In this document: piece by piece, positions 16,201-31,600 of the stretch | How the letters are laid out: every line of letters starts with the position of its first letter | Position numbering within the stretch: the stretch's first letter is position 1 | NCBI GenBank assembly: GCA_964035545.1 | Contig: CAXIUT010000230.1 | Location: forward strand, 1,674,001-1,738,000 | Reading direction: 5' to 3' | DNA: 64,000 nt | Origin: Bugula neritina | Lineage: Eukaryota > Animalia > Bryozoa | Translations under genes and position numbers: made by a program | Notes under the pieces: model-generated | Seen by the model: the letters and a program-made list of their open reading frames with translations, nothing else | What the model was told of the DNA's origin: nothing | Database searches by the model: none

Positions 16201-19178
16201 CCACAACATACTGAAATATACTGCGACGCAATAAAATATACTGCAACATACTGAAGTATACTGCAACATACTGCAACATACTAAAATACACTGCAACATA
16301 CTGAAATACATTGCAACACATTAAAACATACTGCAACATACTGAAACGTACTGCAACATACTGAAATATACTGCAACATACTGAAATACTCTATAACATA
16401 TTGAAATATACTGCAACATACTGAATTACACTCTAACATACTTAAATATGCTGTAGCCTACTGAAATACACTGCAACACATTGAAATATACTGCAGCATA
16501 CCGAAATGAATGGTAAACTAACGAAATAAACTGTAACATATTTAAACATACCGGAACATACTGCAACATAATAAAATATACTGTAACACACTGAAATATA
16601 CTGCAAGATACTGAAATTTACTGCAACATACTGAAACGTACGCAACATACTGAAATACGCTGCAACATACTGTAATATCCTGCAAGATACTGCAAAACAC
16701 TGAGTACACTGTGTCATACTGAAATACACTGCAACATACTGCAAGATACTGCTACATACTGAATTAGACTGTAACATATTGAAATACACTGCATCATACT
16801 GCAACATACTGAAATACACTGAAAAATATTGATATACACTGCAACATATTGAAATTTACTGCAAAATACTGAAACATAAGGCAACATACTGAAATATACT
16901 GCGACACGTTGAAATAAACAGCAACATACTAAAATATACTCCAACATACTGCAACTTCCTAAAATACACTGTAACATACTGAAATACACTGCATTACATT
17001 GAAAATTACTGCAACATACTGAAGCATACGGCAACATACTGAAATATACTGCAACATACTGAAATACACTATAACATATTGAAATATACTGCAACATACT
17101 GAAATACACTAAAACATATTGAAACATGCTGTAGCATACTGAAATACACTGCAACAAACTGGTGTATACTGTTACATACAGAAATGTATTGTAACATACT
17201 GAAATATGCTACAAGATACTGAAATATACTGTAACATACCGAAACGTACGCAACATACTGAAATACGCTGCAACATACTGAAATATACTGCAAGATTCTG
17301 CAACATACTGAAATACACTATAACATATTGAAATATACTGCAACATACTGAATTACACTCTTACAAACTGAAATATGCTGTAGCATACTGAATTACACTG
17401 CAACACACTGAAGTATACTGTAATATACTGAAATGTACTGCGACATACTGAATTATACTGCGACATACTGCAACATACTTAAATACACTGTAACATAATG
17501 AAATATGCTGTAGCACACTGAAATACACTGCAAAACACTGAAGTATACTGTAATATACTGAAATGTACTGCAACATACTGGAATATACTGTAACACACTG
17601 AAATATACTCTAACATACCGAAATACACTGTAACATACTGAAATAAACTGCAACATGCTGCAACATACTGCAACATACTGAAATACACTGCAACACCTTG
17701 AAAAATACTGCAACATACTTAAACATACGGCAACATACTAAAATACACTATAACATATTGAAATATACTGCAACATACTAAAATACACTAAAACATATTG
17801 AAATATGCTGTAGCATACTGAAATATACTGCCACACACTGAAGTATACTGTAATATACAGAAATGTACTGTAACATACTGTAACATACTGAAACATACGG
17901 CAACATACTGAAATGTACTGCAACATACTGAAATATACTGCAACAAAGTGCAACGTACTGAAGTACACTGTAACATATTGAAATACACTGCGACACATTA
18001 AAATATACTGTAACATACTGAAATATACTTCAACATACTGCAACATACTAAACTACACTGTAACATACTGAAATACATTGCAACACATTGAAATATACTG
18101 CAACATACTGAAACATACTGTAGCGTACTGAAAGACACTACAACTCACTGAAGGATAGTGTGATATACGGCAATGTACTGCAACATCCCAAATATACTGC
18201 AACACACTGAAACATAAGGCAACATACCGAAATATACTGCGATGCATTGAAATATACTGCAACATACTAAAATATACTGCAACATACTGCAACATCCTAA
18301 AATACACTGTAACACACTGAAATGCACTGCAACACTTTGAAAAATACTGCAACATACTTAAACATACGGCAACATACTAAAATACACTATAACATATTGA
18401 AATATACTGCAACATACTGAAATACACTATAACATATTGAAATATACTGCAACGTACTGAATTACACTCTAACAAACTGAAATATGCTGTAGCATACTGA
18501 AACACACGGCAACATACTGAAATGTATTGTAACATACTGAAATATACTGCAACGTAGTGCAACGTACTGAAATACACTGTAACATAATGAAATATGCTGT
18601 AGGACACTGAAATACACTGCAACACCCTGAAGTATACTGTAATATACTGAAATGTTATGCATCGTACTGAAAAATGATGCAACGCGTTGAATTACACTAT
18701 AACATATTGAAATATACCGCAACATACTGAAATGTAGTGTAATATACAGAGATGAACTGTAACATACTGAAATATACTGTAACACACTCAAACATACCCT
18801 AACATACTGAAATACACTGCAACACAGTGGAGTATACTGTAATACACTGAAATGTACTGCAACATACTGAATTATACTGCAACACACTGCAACATACTGG
18901 AACACACTGTAACATAATGAAATATGCTGTAGGACACTGAAATACACTGCAACACCCTGAAGTATACTGTAATATACCGAAATGTTATGCAACGTACTAA
19001 AAAATAACGCAACGCGTTGAATTACACTATAACATATTGAAATATACCGCAACATACTGAAATGTAGTGTAATATACAGAAATGAACTGTAACATACTGA
19101 AATATACTGTAACACACTCAAACATACTCTAACATACTGAAATAGACTGTAAGATACTGAAATATACTGCAACATACT
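9365..19178. repeat. 4907-bp HOR (A + 2451-bp C variant), 2 copies
   Basis: Constant 4907 offset: 9460/14367, 10635/15542, 13146/18053, 13470/18377. Confidence 0.9.
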
Positions 19179-22100
19179 GAAATGTACTGCAACATACTGA
19201 AGTATACTGCAACATAGTGCAATGTACCGAAATACACTGTAACATACTGAAATAAACTGCAACATACTGCAACATACTGAATTACACTTGAACATAATGA
19301 AATACACTGAAACACATTGAAATATACTGCAACATACCGAAATAAATGGTAAACTAGTGAAATATACTGTAACATAATGAAACATACCGGAACATACTGC
19401 AACATAATAAAATATACTGTAACACACTGAAATATGCTACAAGATACTGAAATATACTGTAACATACTGAAACGTACGCAACATACTGAAATACGCTGCA
19501 ACATACTGAAATATACTGCAAGATACTGTAACATACTGAAATACACTGAAATACACTGTAACATATTAAAATACATTGCAAAACATCGAAATATACTGCA
19601 ACGTACTGAAATTTGCTGTAGCATACTGAAAGACACTACAACTCACTGAAGGATAGTGTGACATACGGAAATGTACTGCAACATGCCCAAATATACTGCA
19701 ACACACTGAAACATAAGGCAACATACTGAAATATACTGCGATGCATTGAAATAATATACTGCAACATACTAAAATATACTGCAACATACTGCAACATCCT
19801 AAAATACACTGTAACATACTGAAATACACTGCAACACCTTGAAAAATACTGCAACATACTTAAACATATGGCAACATACTAAAATACACTATAACATATT
19901 GAAATATACTGCAACATACTGAAATACACTATAACATATTGAAATATACTGCAACATACTGAATTACACTCTTACAAACTGAAATATGCTGTAGCATACT
20001 GAATTACACTGCAACACACTGAAGTATACTGTAATATACTGAAATGTACTGCGACATACTGAATTATACTGCGACATACTGCAACATACTTAAATACACT
20101 GTAACATAATGAAATATGCTGTAGCACATTGAAATACACTGCAAAACACTGAAGTATACTGTAATATACTGAAATGTACTGCAACATACTGGAATATACT
20201 GTAACACACTGAAATATACTCTAACATACCGAAATACACTGTAACATACTGAAATAAACTGCAACATGCTGCAACATACTGCAACATACTGAAATACACT
20301 GCAACACCTTGAAAAATACTGCAACATACTTAAACATACGGCAACATACTAAAATACACTATAACATATTGAAATATACTGCAACATACTAAAATACACT
20401 AAAACATATTGAAATATGCTGTAGCATACTGAAATATACTGCCACACACTGAAGTATACTGTAATATACAGAAATGTACTGTAACATACTGTAACATACT
20501 GAAACATACGGCAACATACTGAAATGTACTGCAACATACTGAAATATACTGCAACAAAGTGCAACGTACTGAAATACACTGTAACATATTGAAATACACT
20601 GCGACACATTAAAATATACTGTAACATACTGAAATATACTTCAACATACTGCAACATACTAAACTACACTGTAACATACTGAAATACATTGCAACACATT
20701 GAAATATACTGCAACATACTGAAACATACTGTAGCGTACTGAAAGACACTACAACTCACTGAAGGATAGTGTGATATACGGCAATGTACTGCAACATCCC
20801 AAATATACTGCAACACACTGAAACATAAGGCAACATACCGAAATATACTGCGATGCATTGAAATATACTGCAACATACTAAAATATACTGCAACATACTG
20901 CAACATCCTAAAATACACTGTAACATACTGAAATGCACTGCAACACTTTGAAAAATACTGCAACATACTTAAACATACGGCAACATACTAAAATACACTA
21001 TAACATATTGAAATATACTGCAACATACTGAAATACACTATAACATATTGAAATATACTGCAACGTACTGAATTACACTCTAACAAACTGAAATATGCTG
21101 TAGCATACTGAAACACACGGCAACATACTGAAATGTATTGTAACATACTGAAATATACTGCAACGTAGTGCAACGTACTGAAATACACTGTAACATAATG
21201 AAATATGCTGTAGGACACTGAAATACACTGCAACACCCTGAAGTATACTGTAATATACTGAAATGTTATGCATCGTACTGAAAAATGATGCAACGCGTTG
21301 AATTACACTATAACATATTGAAATATACCGCAACATACTGAAATGTAGTGTAATATACAGAGATGAACTGTAACATACTGAAATATACTGTAACACACTC
21401 AAACATACCCTAACATACTGAAATACACTGCAACACAGTGGAGTATACTGTAATACACTGAAATGTACTGCAACATACTGAATTATACTGCAACACACTG
21501 CAACATACTGGAACACACTGTAACATAATGAAATATGCTGTAGGACACTGAAATACACTGCAACACCCTGAAGTATACTGTAATATACCGAAATGTTATG
21601 CAACGTACTAAAAAATAACGCAACGCGTTGAATTACACTATAACATATTGAAATATACCGCAACATACTGAAATGTAGTGTAATATACAGAAATGAACTG
21701 TAACATACTGAAATATACTGTAACACACTCAAACATACTCTAACATACTGAAATAGACTGTAACATACTGAAATATACTGCAACATACTGAAATGTACTG
21801 CAACATACTGAAGTATACTGCAACATAGTGCAATGTACCGAAATACACTGTAACATACTGAAATAAACTGCAACATACTGCAACATACTGAATTACACTT
21901 GAACATAATGAAATACACTGAAACACATTGAAATATACTGCAACATACCGAAATGAATGGTAAACTAGTGAAATATACTGTAACATAATGAAACATACCG
22001 GAACATACTGCAACATAATAAAACATACTGTAACACACTGAAATATGCTACAAGATACTGAAATATACTGTAACATACTGAAACGTACGCAACATACTGA

Positions 22101-25012
22101 AATACGCTGCAACATACTGAAATATACTGCAAGATACTGTAACATACTGAAATACACTGAAATACACTGTAACATATTAAAATACATTGCAAAACATCGA
22201 AATATACTGCAACGTACTGAAATTTGCTGTAGCATACTGAAAGACACTACAACTCACTGAAGGATAGTGTGACATACGGAAATGTACTGCAACATGCCCA
22301 AATATACTGCAACACACTGAAACATAAGGCAACATACTGAAATATACTGCGATGCATTGAAATAATATACTGCAACATACTAAAATATACTGCAACATAC
22401 TGCAACATCCTAAAATACACTGTAACATACTGAAATACACTGCAACACCTTGAAAAATACTGCAACATACTTAAACATATGGCAACATACTAAAATACAC
22501 TATAACATATTGAAATATACTGCAACATACTGAAATACACTATAACATATTGAAATATACTGCAACATACTGAATTACACTCTTACAAACTGAAATATGC
22601 TGTAGCATACTGAATTACACTGCAACACACTGAAGTATACTGTAATATACTGAAATGTACTGCGACATACTGAATTATACTGCGACATACTGCAACATAC
22701 TTAAATACACTGTAACATAATGAAATATGCTGTAGCACATTGAAATACACTGCAAAACACTGAAGTATACTGTAATATACTGAAATGTACTGCAACATAC
22801 TGGAATATACTGTAACACACTGAAATATACTCTAACATACCGAAATACACTGTAACATACTGAAATAAACTGCAACATGCTGCAACATACTGCAACATAC
22901 TGAAATACACTGCAACACCTTGAAAAATACTGCAACATACTTAAACATACGGCAACATACTAAAATACACTATAACATATTGAAATATACTGCAACATAC
23001 TAAAATACACTAAAACATATTGAAATATGCTGTAGCATACTGAAATATACTGCCACACACTGAAGTATACTGTAATATACAGAAATGTACTGTAACATAC
23101 TGTAACATACTGAAACATACGGCAACATACTGAAATGTACTGCAACATACTGAAATATACTGCAACAAAGTGCAACGTACTGAAATACACTGTAACATAT
23201 TGAAATACACTGCGACACATTAAAATATACTGTAACATACTGAAATATACTTCAACATACTGCAACATACTAAACTACACTGTAACATACTGAAATACAT
23301 TGCAACACATTGAAATATACTGCAACATACTGAAACATACTGTAGCGTACTGAAAGACACTACAACTCACTGAAGGATAGTGTGATATACGGCAATGTAC
23401 TGCAACATCCCAAATATACTGCAACACACTGAAACATAAGGCAACATACCGAAATATACTGCGATGCATTGAAATATACTGCAACATACTAAAATATACT
23501 GCAACATACTGCAACATCCTAAAATACACTGTAACATACTGAAATGCACTGCAACACTTTGAAAAATACTGCAACATACTTAAACATACGGCAACATACT
23601 AAAATACACTATAACATATTGAAATATACTGCAACATACTGAAATACACTATAACATATTGAAATATACTGCAACGTACTGAATTACACTCTAACAAACT
23701 GAAATATGCTGTAGCATACTGAAACACACGGCAACATACTGAAATGTATTGTAACATACTGAAATATACTGCAACGTAGTGCAACGTACTGAAATACACT
23801 GTAACATAATGAAATATGCTGTAGGACACTGAAATACACTGCAACACCCTGAAGTATACTGTAATATACTGAAATGTTATGCATCGTACTGAAAAATGAT
23901 GCAACGCGTTGAATTACACTATAACATATTGAAATATACCGCAACATACTGAAATGTAGTGTAATATACAGAGATGAACTGTAACATACTGAAATATACT
24001 GTAACACACTCAAACATACCCTAACATACTGAAATACACTGCAACACAGTGGAGTATACTGTAATACACTGAAATGTACTGCAACATACTGAATTATACT
24101 GCAACACACTGCAACATACTGGAACACACTGTAACATAATGAAATATGCTGTAGGACACTGAAATACACTGCAACACCCTGAAGTATACTGTAATATACC
24201 GAAATGTTATGCAACGTACTAAAAAATAACGCAACGCGTTGAATTACACTATAACATATTGAAATATACCGCAACATACTGAAATGTAGTGTAATATACA
24301 GAAATGAACTGTAACATACTGAAATATACTGTAACACACTCAAACATACTCTAACATACTGAAATAGACTGTAACATACTGAAATATACTGCAACATACT
24401 GAAATGTACTGCAACATACTGAAGTATACTGCAACATAGTGCAATGTACCGAAATACACTGTAACATACTGAAATAAACTGCAACATACTGCAACATACT
24501 GAATTACACTTGAACATAATGAAATACACTGAAACACATTGAAATATACTGCAACATACCGAAATGAATGGTAAACTAGTGAAATATACTGTAACATAAT
24601 GAAACATACCGGAACATACTGCAACATAATAAAACATACTGTAACACACTGAAATATGCTACAAGATACTGAAATATACTGTAACATACTGAAACGTACG
24701 CAACATACTGAAATACGCTGCAACATACTGAAATATACTGCAAGATACTGTAACATACTGAAATACACTGAAATACACTGTAACATATTAAAATACATTG
24801 CAAAACATCGAAATATACTGCAACGTACTGAAATTTGCTGTAGCATACTGAAAGACACTACAACTCACTGAAGGATAGTGTGACATACGGAAATGTACTG
24901 CAACATGCCCAAATATACTGCAACACACTGAAACATAAGGCAACATACTGAAATATACTGCGATGCATTGAAATAATATACTGCAACATACTAAAATATA
25001 CTGCAACATACT
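17298..25012. repeat. 2611-bp HOR (unit C), about 3 tandem copies
   Basis: Pseudo-ORFs at 18053/20664/23275, 18462/21073/23684 and 19434/22045/24656. Confidence 0.95.
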
Positions 25013-28000
25013 GAATTACACTCTTACAAACTGAAATATGCTGTAGCATACTGAATTACACTGCAACACACTGAAGTATACTGTAATATACTGAAATGTA
25101 CTGCGACATACTGAATTATACTGCGACATACTGCAACATACTTAAATACACTGTAACATAATGAAATATGCTGTAGCACACTGAAATACACTGCAAAACA
25201 CTGAAGTATACTGTAATATACTGAAATGTACTGCAACATACTGGAATATACTGTAACACACTGAAATATACTCTAACATACCGAAATACACTGTAACATA
25301 CTGAAATAAACTGCAACATGCTGCAACATACTGCAACATACTGAAATACACTGCAACACCTTGAAAAATACTGCAACATACTTAAACATACGGCAACATA
25401 CTAAAATACACTATAACATATTGAAATATACTGCAACATACTAAAATACACTAAAACATATTGAAATATGCTGTAGCATACTGAAATATACTGCCACACA
25501 CTGAAGTATACTGTAATATACAGAAATGTACTGTAACATACTGTAACATACTGAAACATACGGCAACATACTGAAATGTACTGCAACATACTGAAATATA
25601 CTGCAACAAAGTGCAACGTACTGAAATACACTGTAACATATTGAAATACACTGCGACACATTAAAATATACTGTAACATACTGAAATATACTTCAACATA
25701 CTGCAACATACTAAACTACACTGTAACATACTGAAATACATTGCAACACATTGAAATATACTGCAACATACTGAAACATACTGCAACATACTGAAATATA
25801 CTGCAACATAGTGAATTACACTATGACATATTGAAATATACCGCAACATACGGAAATGTAGTGTAATATACAGAAATGAACTGAAACATACTGAAATATA
25901 CTGTAACACACTGAAACATACTCTAACATACTGAAATAGACTGTAACATACTGAAATATACTGCAACATGCTGAAATGTACTGCAACATACTGAAGTATA
26001 CTGCAAGATAGTGCAATGTACTGAAATACACTGTAAAATACTGAAATACACTGCAACACATTGAAATATACTGCAATATAACGAAATAAATGGTGAACTA
26101 GTGGAATATACTGTAACACAATGAAATTGACTGCAAGATACTGAAATATACTGTAACATACTGAAATGTGCTGCCACATACTGAAACATACGGCAACATA
26201 CCGAAATAAACTGCGACACGTTGAAAATTACTGCAACATACTGAAATATACTGCAAGTGGTGCATCATACTGAAATACATTGTGACACATTGAAATACAC
26301 TGCAACATACCGCAACATACCACAACATACTGAAATATACTGCGACGCAATAAAATATACTGCAACATACTGAAGTATACTGCAACATACTGCAACATAC
26401 TAAAATACACTGCAACATACTGAAATACATTGCAACACATTAAAACATACTGCAACATACTGAAACGTACTGCAACATACTGAAATATACTGCAACATAC
26501 TGAAATACTCTATAACATATTGAAATATACTGCAACATACTGAATTACACTCTAACATACTTAAATATGCTGTAGCCTACTGAAATACACTGCAACACAT
26601 TGAAATATACTGCAGCATACCGAAATGAATGGTAAACTAACGAAATAAACTGTAACATATTTAAACATACCGGAACATACTGCAACATAATAAAATATAC
26701 TGTAACACACTGAAATATACTGCAAGATACTGAAATTTACTGTAACATACTGAAACGTACGCAACATACTGAAATACGCTGCAACATACTGTAATATCCT
26801 GCAAGATACTGCAAAACACTGAGTACACTGTGTCATACTGAAATACACTGCAACATACTGCAAGATATTGCTACATACTGAATTAGACTGTAACATATTG
26901 AAATACACTGCATCATACTGCAACATACTGAAATACACTGAAAAATATTGATATACACTGCAACACATTGAAATTTACTGCAAAATACTGAAACATAAGG
27001 CAACATACTGAAATATACTGCGACACGCTGAAATAAACTGCAACATACTAAAATATACTCCAACATACTGCAACTTCCTAAAATACACTGTAACATACTG
27101 AAATACACTGCATTACATTGAAAATTACTGCAACATACTGAAGCATACGGCAACATACTGAAATATACTGCAACATACTGAAATACACTATAACATATTG
27201 AAATATACTGCAACATACTGAAATACACTAAAACATATTGAAACATGCTGTAGCATACTGAAATACACTGCAACAAACTGGTGTATACTGTTATATACAG
27301 AAATGTATTGTAACATACTGAAATATGCTACAAGATACTGAAATATACTGTAACATACCGAAACGTACGCAACATACTGAAATACGCTGCAACATACTGA
27401 AATATACTGCAAGATTCTGCAACATACTGAAATACACTATAACATATTGAAATATACTGCAACATACTGAATTACACTCTTACAAACTGAAATATGCTGT
27501 AGCATACTGAATTACACTGCAACACACTGAAGTATACTGTAATATACTGAAATGTACTGCGACATACTGAATTATACTGCGACATACTGCAACATACTTA
27601 AATACACTGTAACATAATGAAATATGCTGTAGCACACTGAAATACACTGCAAAACACTGAAGTATACTGTAATATACTGAAATGTACTGCAACATACTTG
27701 AATATACTGTAACACACTGAAATATACTCTAACATACCGAAATACACTGTAACATACTGAAATAAACTGCAACATGCTGCAACATACTGCAACATACTGA
27801 AATACACTGCAACACCTTGAAAAATACTGCAACATACTTAAACATACGGCAACATACTAAAATACACTATAACATATTGAAATATACTGCAACATACTAA
27901 AATACACTAAAACATATTGAAATATGCTGTAGCATACTGAAATATACTGCCACACACTGAAGTATACTGTAATATACAGAAATGTACTGTAACATACTGT

Positions 28001-28689
28001 AACATACTGAAACATACGGCAACATACTGAAATGTACTGCAACATACTGAAATATACTGCAACAAAGTGCAACGTACTGAAGTACACTGTAACATATTGA
28101 AATACACTGCGACACATTAAAATATACTGTAACATACTGAAATATACTTCAACATACTGCAACATACTAAACTACACTCTAACATACTGAAATACATTGC
28201 AACACATTGAAATATACTGCAACATACTGAAACATACTGCAACATACTGAAATATACTGCAACATAGTGAATTACACTATGACATATTGAAATATACCGC
28301 AACATACGGAAATGTAGTGTAATATACAGAAATGAACTGAAACATACTGAAATATACTGTAACACACTGAAACATACTCTAACATACTGAAATAGACTGT
28401 AACATACTGAAATATACTGCAACATGCTGAAATGTACTGCAACATACTGAAGTATACTGTAATATACTGAAATGTGCTGCGACATACTGAATTATACTGC
28501 AACATACTGCAACGTACTGAAATACACTGTAACATATTGAAATACACTGCGACACATTAAAATATACTGTAACATACTGAAATATACTTCAACATACTGC
28601 AACATACTAAACTACACTGTAACATACTGAAATACATTGCAACACATTGAAATATACTGCAACATACTGAAACATACTGCAACATACTG

Positions 28690-31600
28690 AAATACACTGC
28701 AACACCTTGAAAAATACTGCAACATACTTAAACATACGGCAACACACTAAAATACACTATAACATATTGAAATATACTGCAGCATACTAAAATACACTAA
28801 AACATATTGAAATATGCTGTAGCATACTGAAATATACTGCCACACACTGAAGTATACTGTAATATACAGAAATGTACTGTAACATACTGTAACATACTGA
28901 AACATATGGCAACATACTGAAATGTACTGCAACATACTGAAATATACTGCAACAAAGTGCAACGTACTGAAATACACTGTAACATATTGAAATACACTGC
29001 GACACATTGAAATATACTGCAACATACTGAAACATACTGCAACATACCTAAATATACTGCAACATACTGAATTACACTATAACATATTGAAATATACTGC
29101 AACATACTGAATTACACTTTAACATACAGAAATGACTGTAACATACTGAAATGTACTGTAACACACTGAAACATACTCTAACATACTGAAATAGACTGTA
29201 ACATACTGAAATATACTGCAACATACTGAAATGTACTGCAACATACTGAGGTATACTGCAACATAGTGCAATGTACTGAAATACACTGTAACATACTTAA
29301 ATACACTGCAACACATTGAAATATACTGCAACATAACGAAATAAATGGTGAACTAGTGGAATATACTGTAACACAATGAAATTGACTTCAAGATACTGAA
29401 ATATACTGTAACATACTGAAATGTGCTGCCACATACTGGAACATACGGCAACATACCGAAATAAACTGTGACACGTTGAAAATTACTGCAACATACTGAA
29501 ATATACTGCAAGTGGTGCAACATACTGAAATACATTGTGACACATTGAAATACACTGCAACATACCGCAACATACCACAACATACTGAAATATACTGCGA
29601 CGCAATAAAATATACTGCAACATACTGAAGTATACTGCAACATACTGCAACATACTAAAATACACTGCAACATACTGAAATACATAGCAACACATTAAAA
29701 CATACTGCAACATACTGAAACGTACTGCAACATACTGAAATATACTGCAACATACTGAAATACTCTATAACATATTGAAATATACTGCAACATACTGAAT
29801 TACACTCTAACATACTGAAATATGCTGTAGCATACTGAAATACACTGCAACACATTGAAATATACTGCAGCATACCGAAATGAATGGTAAACTAACGAAA
29901 TAAACTGTAACATAACTAAACATACCGGAACATACTGCAACATAATAAAATATACTGTAACACACTGAAATATACTGCAAGATACTGAAATTTACTGCAA
30001 CATACTGAAATGTACGCAAAATACTGAAATACGCTGCAACATACAGTAATATACTGCAAGATACTGCAAAACACTGAGTACACTGTGTCATACTGAAATA
30101 CACTGAAAAATATTGATATACACTGCAACACATTGAAATATACTGCAAAACACTTAAACATAAGGCAACATACTGAAATATACTGCGACACATTGAAATA
30201 TACTGCAACATACTAAAATATACTCCAACATACTGCAACTTCCTAAAATACACTGTAACATACTGAAATACACTGCATTACATTGAAAATTACTGCAACA
30301 TACTGAAGCATACGGCAACATACTGAAATATACTGCAAAATACTGAAATACACTATAACATATTGAAATATACTGCAAAATACTGAAATACACTAAAACA
30401 TATTGAAATATGCTGTAGCATATTGAAATACACTGCAACAAACTGGTGTATACTGTTATATACAGAAATGTACTGCGACATACTGAATTATACTGCAACA
30501 TACTGCAACATACTGAAATACACTGTAACATAATGAAATATGCTGTAGCACACTGAAATACACTGCAACACACTGAAGTATACTGTAATATACTGAAATG
30601 TACTGCAACATACTGGAATATACTGTAACACACCGAAATATACTCTAACACCGAAATACACTGTAACATACTGAAATAAACTACAACATACTGCAACATA
30701 CCGAATTACATTTGAACATAATGAAATACACTGAAACACATTGAAATATACTGCAACATACCGAAATGAATGGTAAACTAGTGAAGTATACTGTAACATA
30801 ATGAAATTGACCGCAAGATACTGAAATATACTGTAACATACTGAAATACGCTGCCACACACTGAAACATACGGCAACCTACCGAATTATACTGCGACACG
30901 TTGAAAAATACTGCAACATACTGAATTATACTGCAAGACACTGCAACATACTGAAATACACTGTAACATATTAAAATACATTGCAAAACGTCGAAATATA
31001 CTGCAACATACTGAAATATGCTGTAGCATACTGAAAGACACTACAACTCACTGAAGGATAGTTTGATATACGCAAATGTACTGCATCATGCCTAAATATA
31101 CTGCAACACACTGAAACATAAGGCAACATACTGAAATATACTACGATGCATTGAAATATACTGCAACATACTAAAATATACTGCAACATACTGCAACATC
31201 CTAAAATACACTGTAACATACTGAAATACACTGCAACACCTTGAAAAATACTGCAACATACTTAAACATACAGCAACATACTAAAATACACTATAACATA
31301 TTGAAATATACTGCAACATACTGAAATACACTGTAACATATTGAAATATGCTGTAGCATACTGAAATATACTGCCACACACTGAAGTATACTGTAATATA
31401 CAGAAACGTACTGTAACATACTGTAACATACAGAAACATACGGCAACATACTGAAATGTACTGCAACATACTGAAATATACTGAAATACACTGTAACATA
31501 ATGAAATATGCTGTAGCACACTGAAATACACTGCAACACACTGAAGTATACTGTAATATAGAGAAATGTACTGTAACATACTGAAACACACGGCAACATA

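Larger units (their letters stand above)
1..28460. repeat. HOR domain 1, built from units A (2456 bp), B (2861 bp) and C (2611/2451/2441 bp)
   Basis: Marker CTCTTACAAACTGAAATATGCT recurs at ~1820, 4681, 7137, 9998, 12454, 14905, 17361, 19972, 22583, 25024, 27480. Spacings are 2861, 2456, 2861, 2456, 2451, 2456, 2611, 2611, 2441, 2456. Confidence 0.93.
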
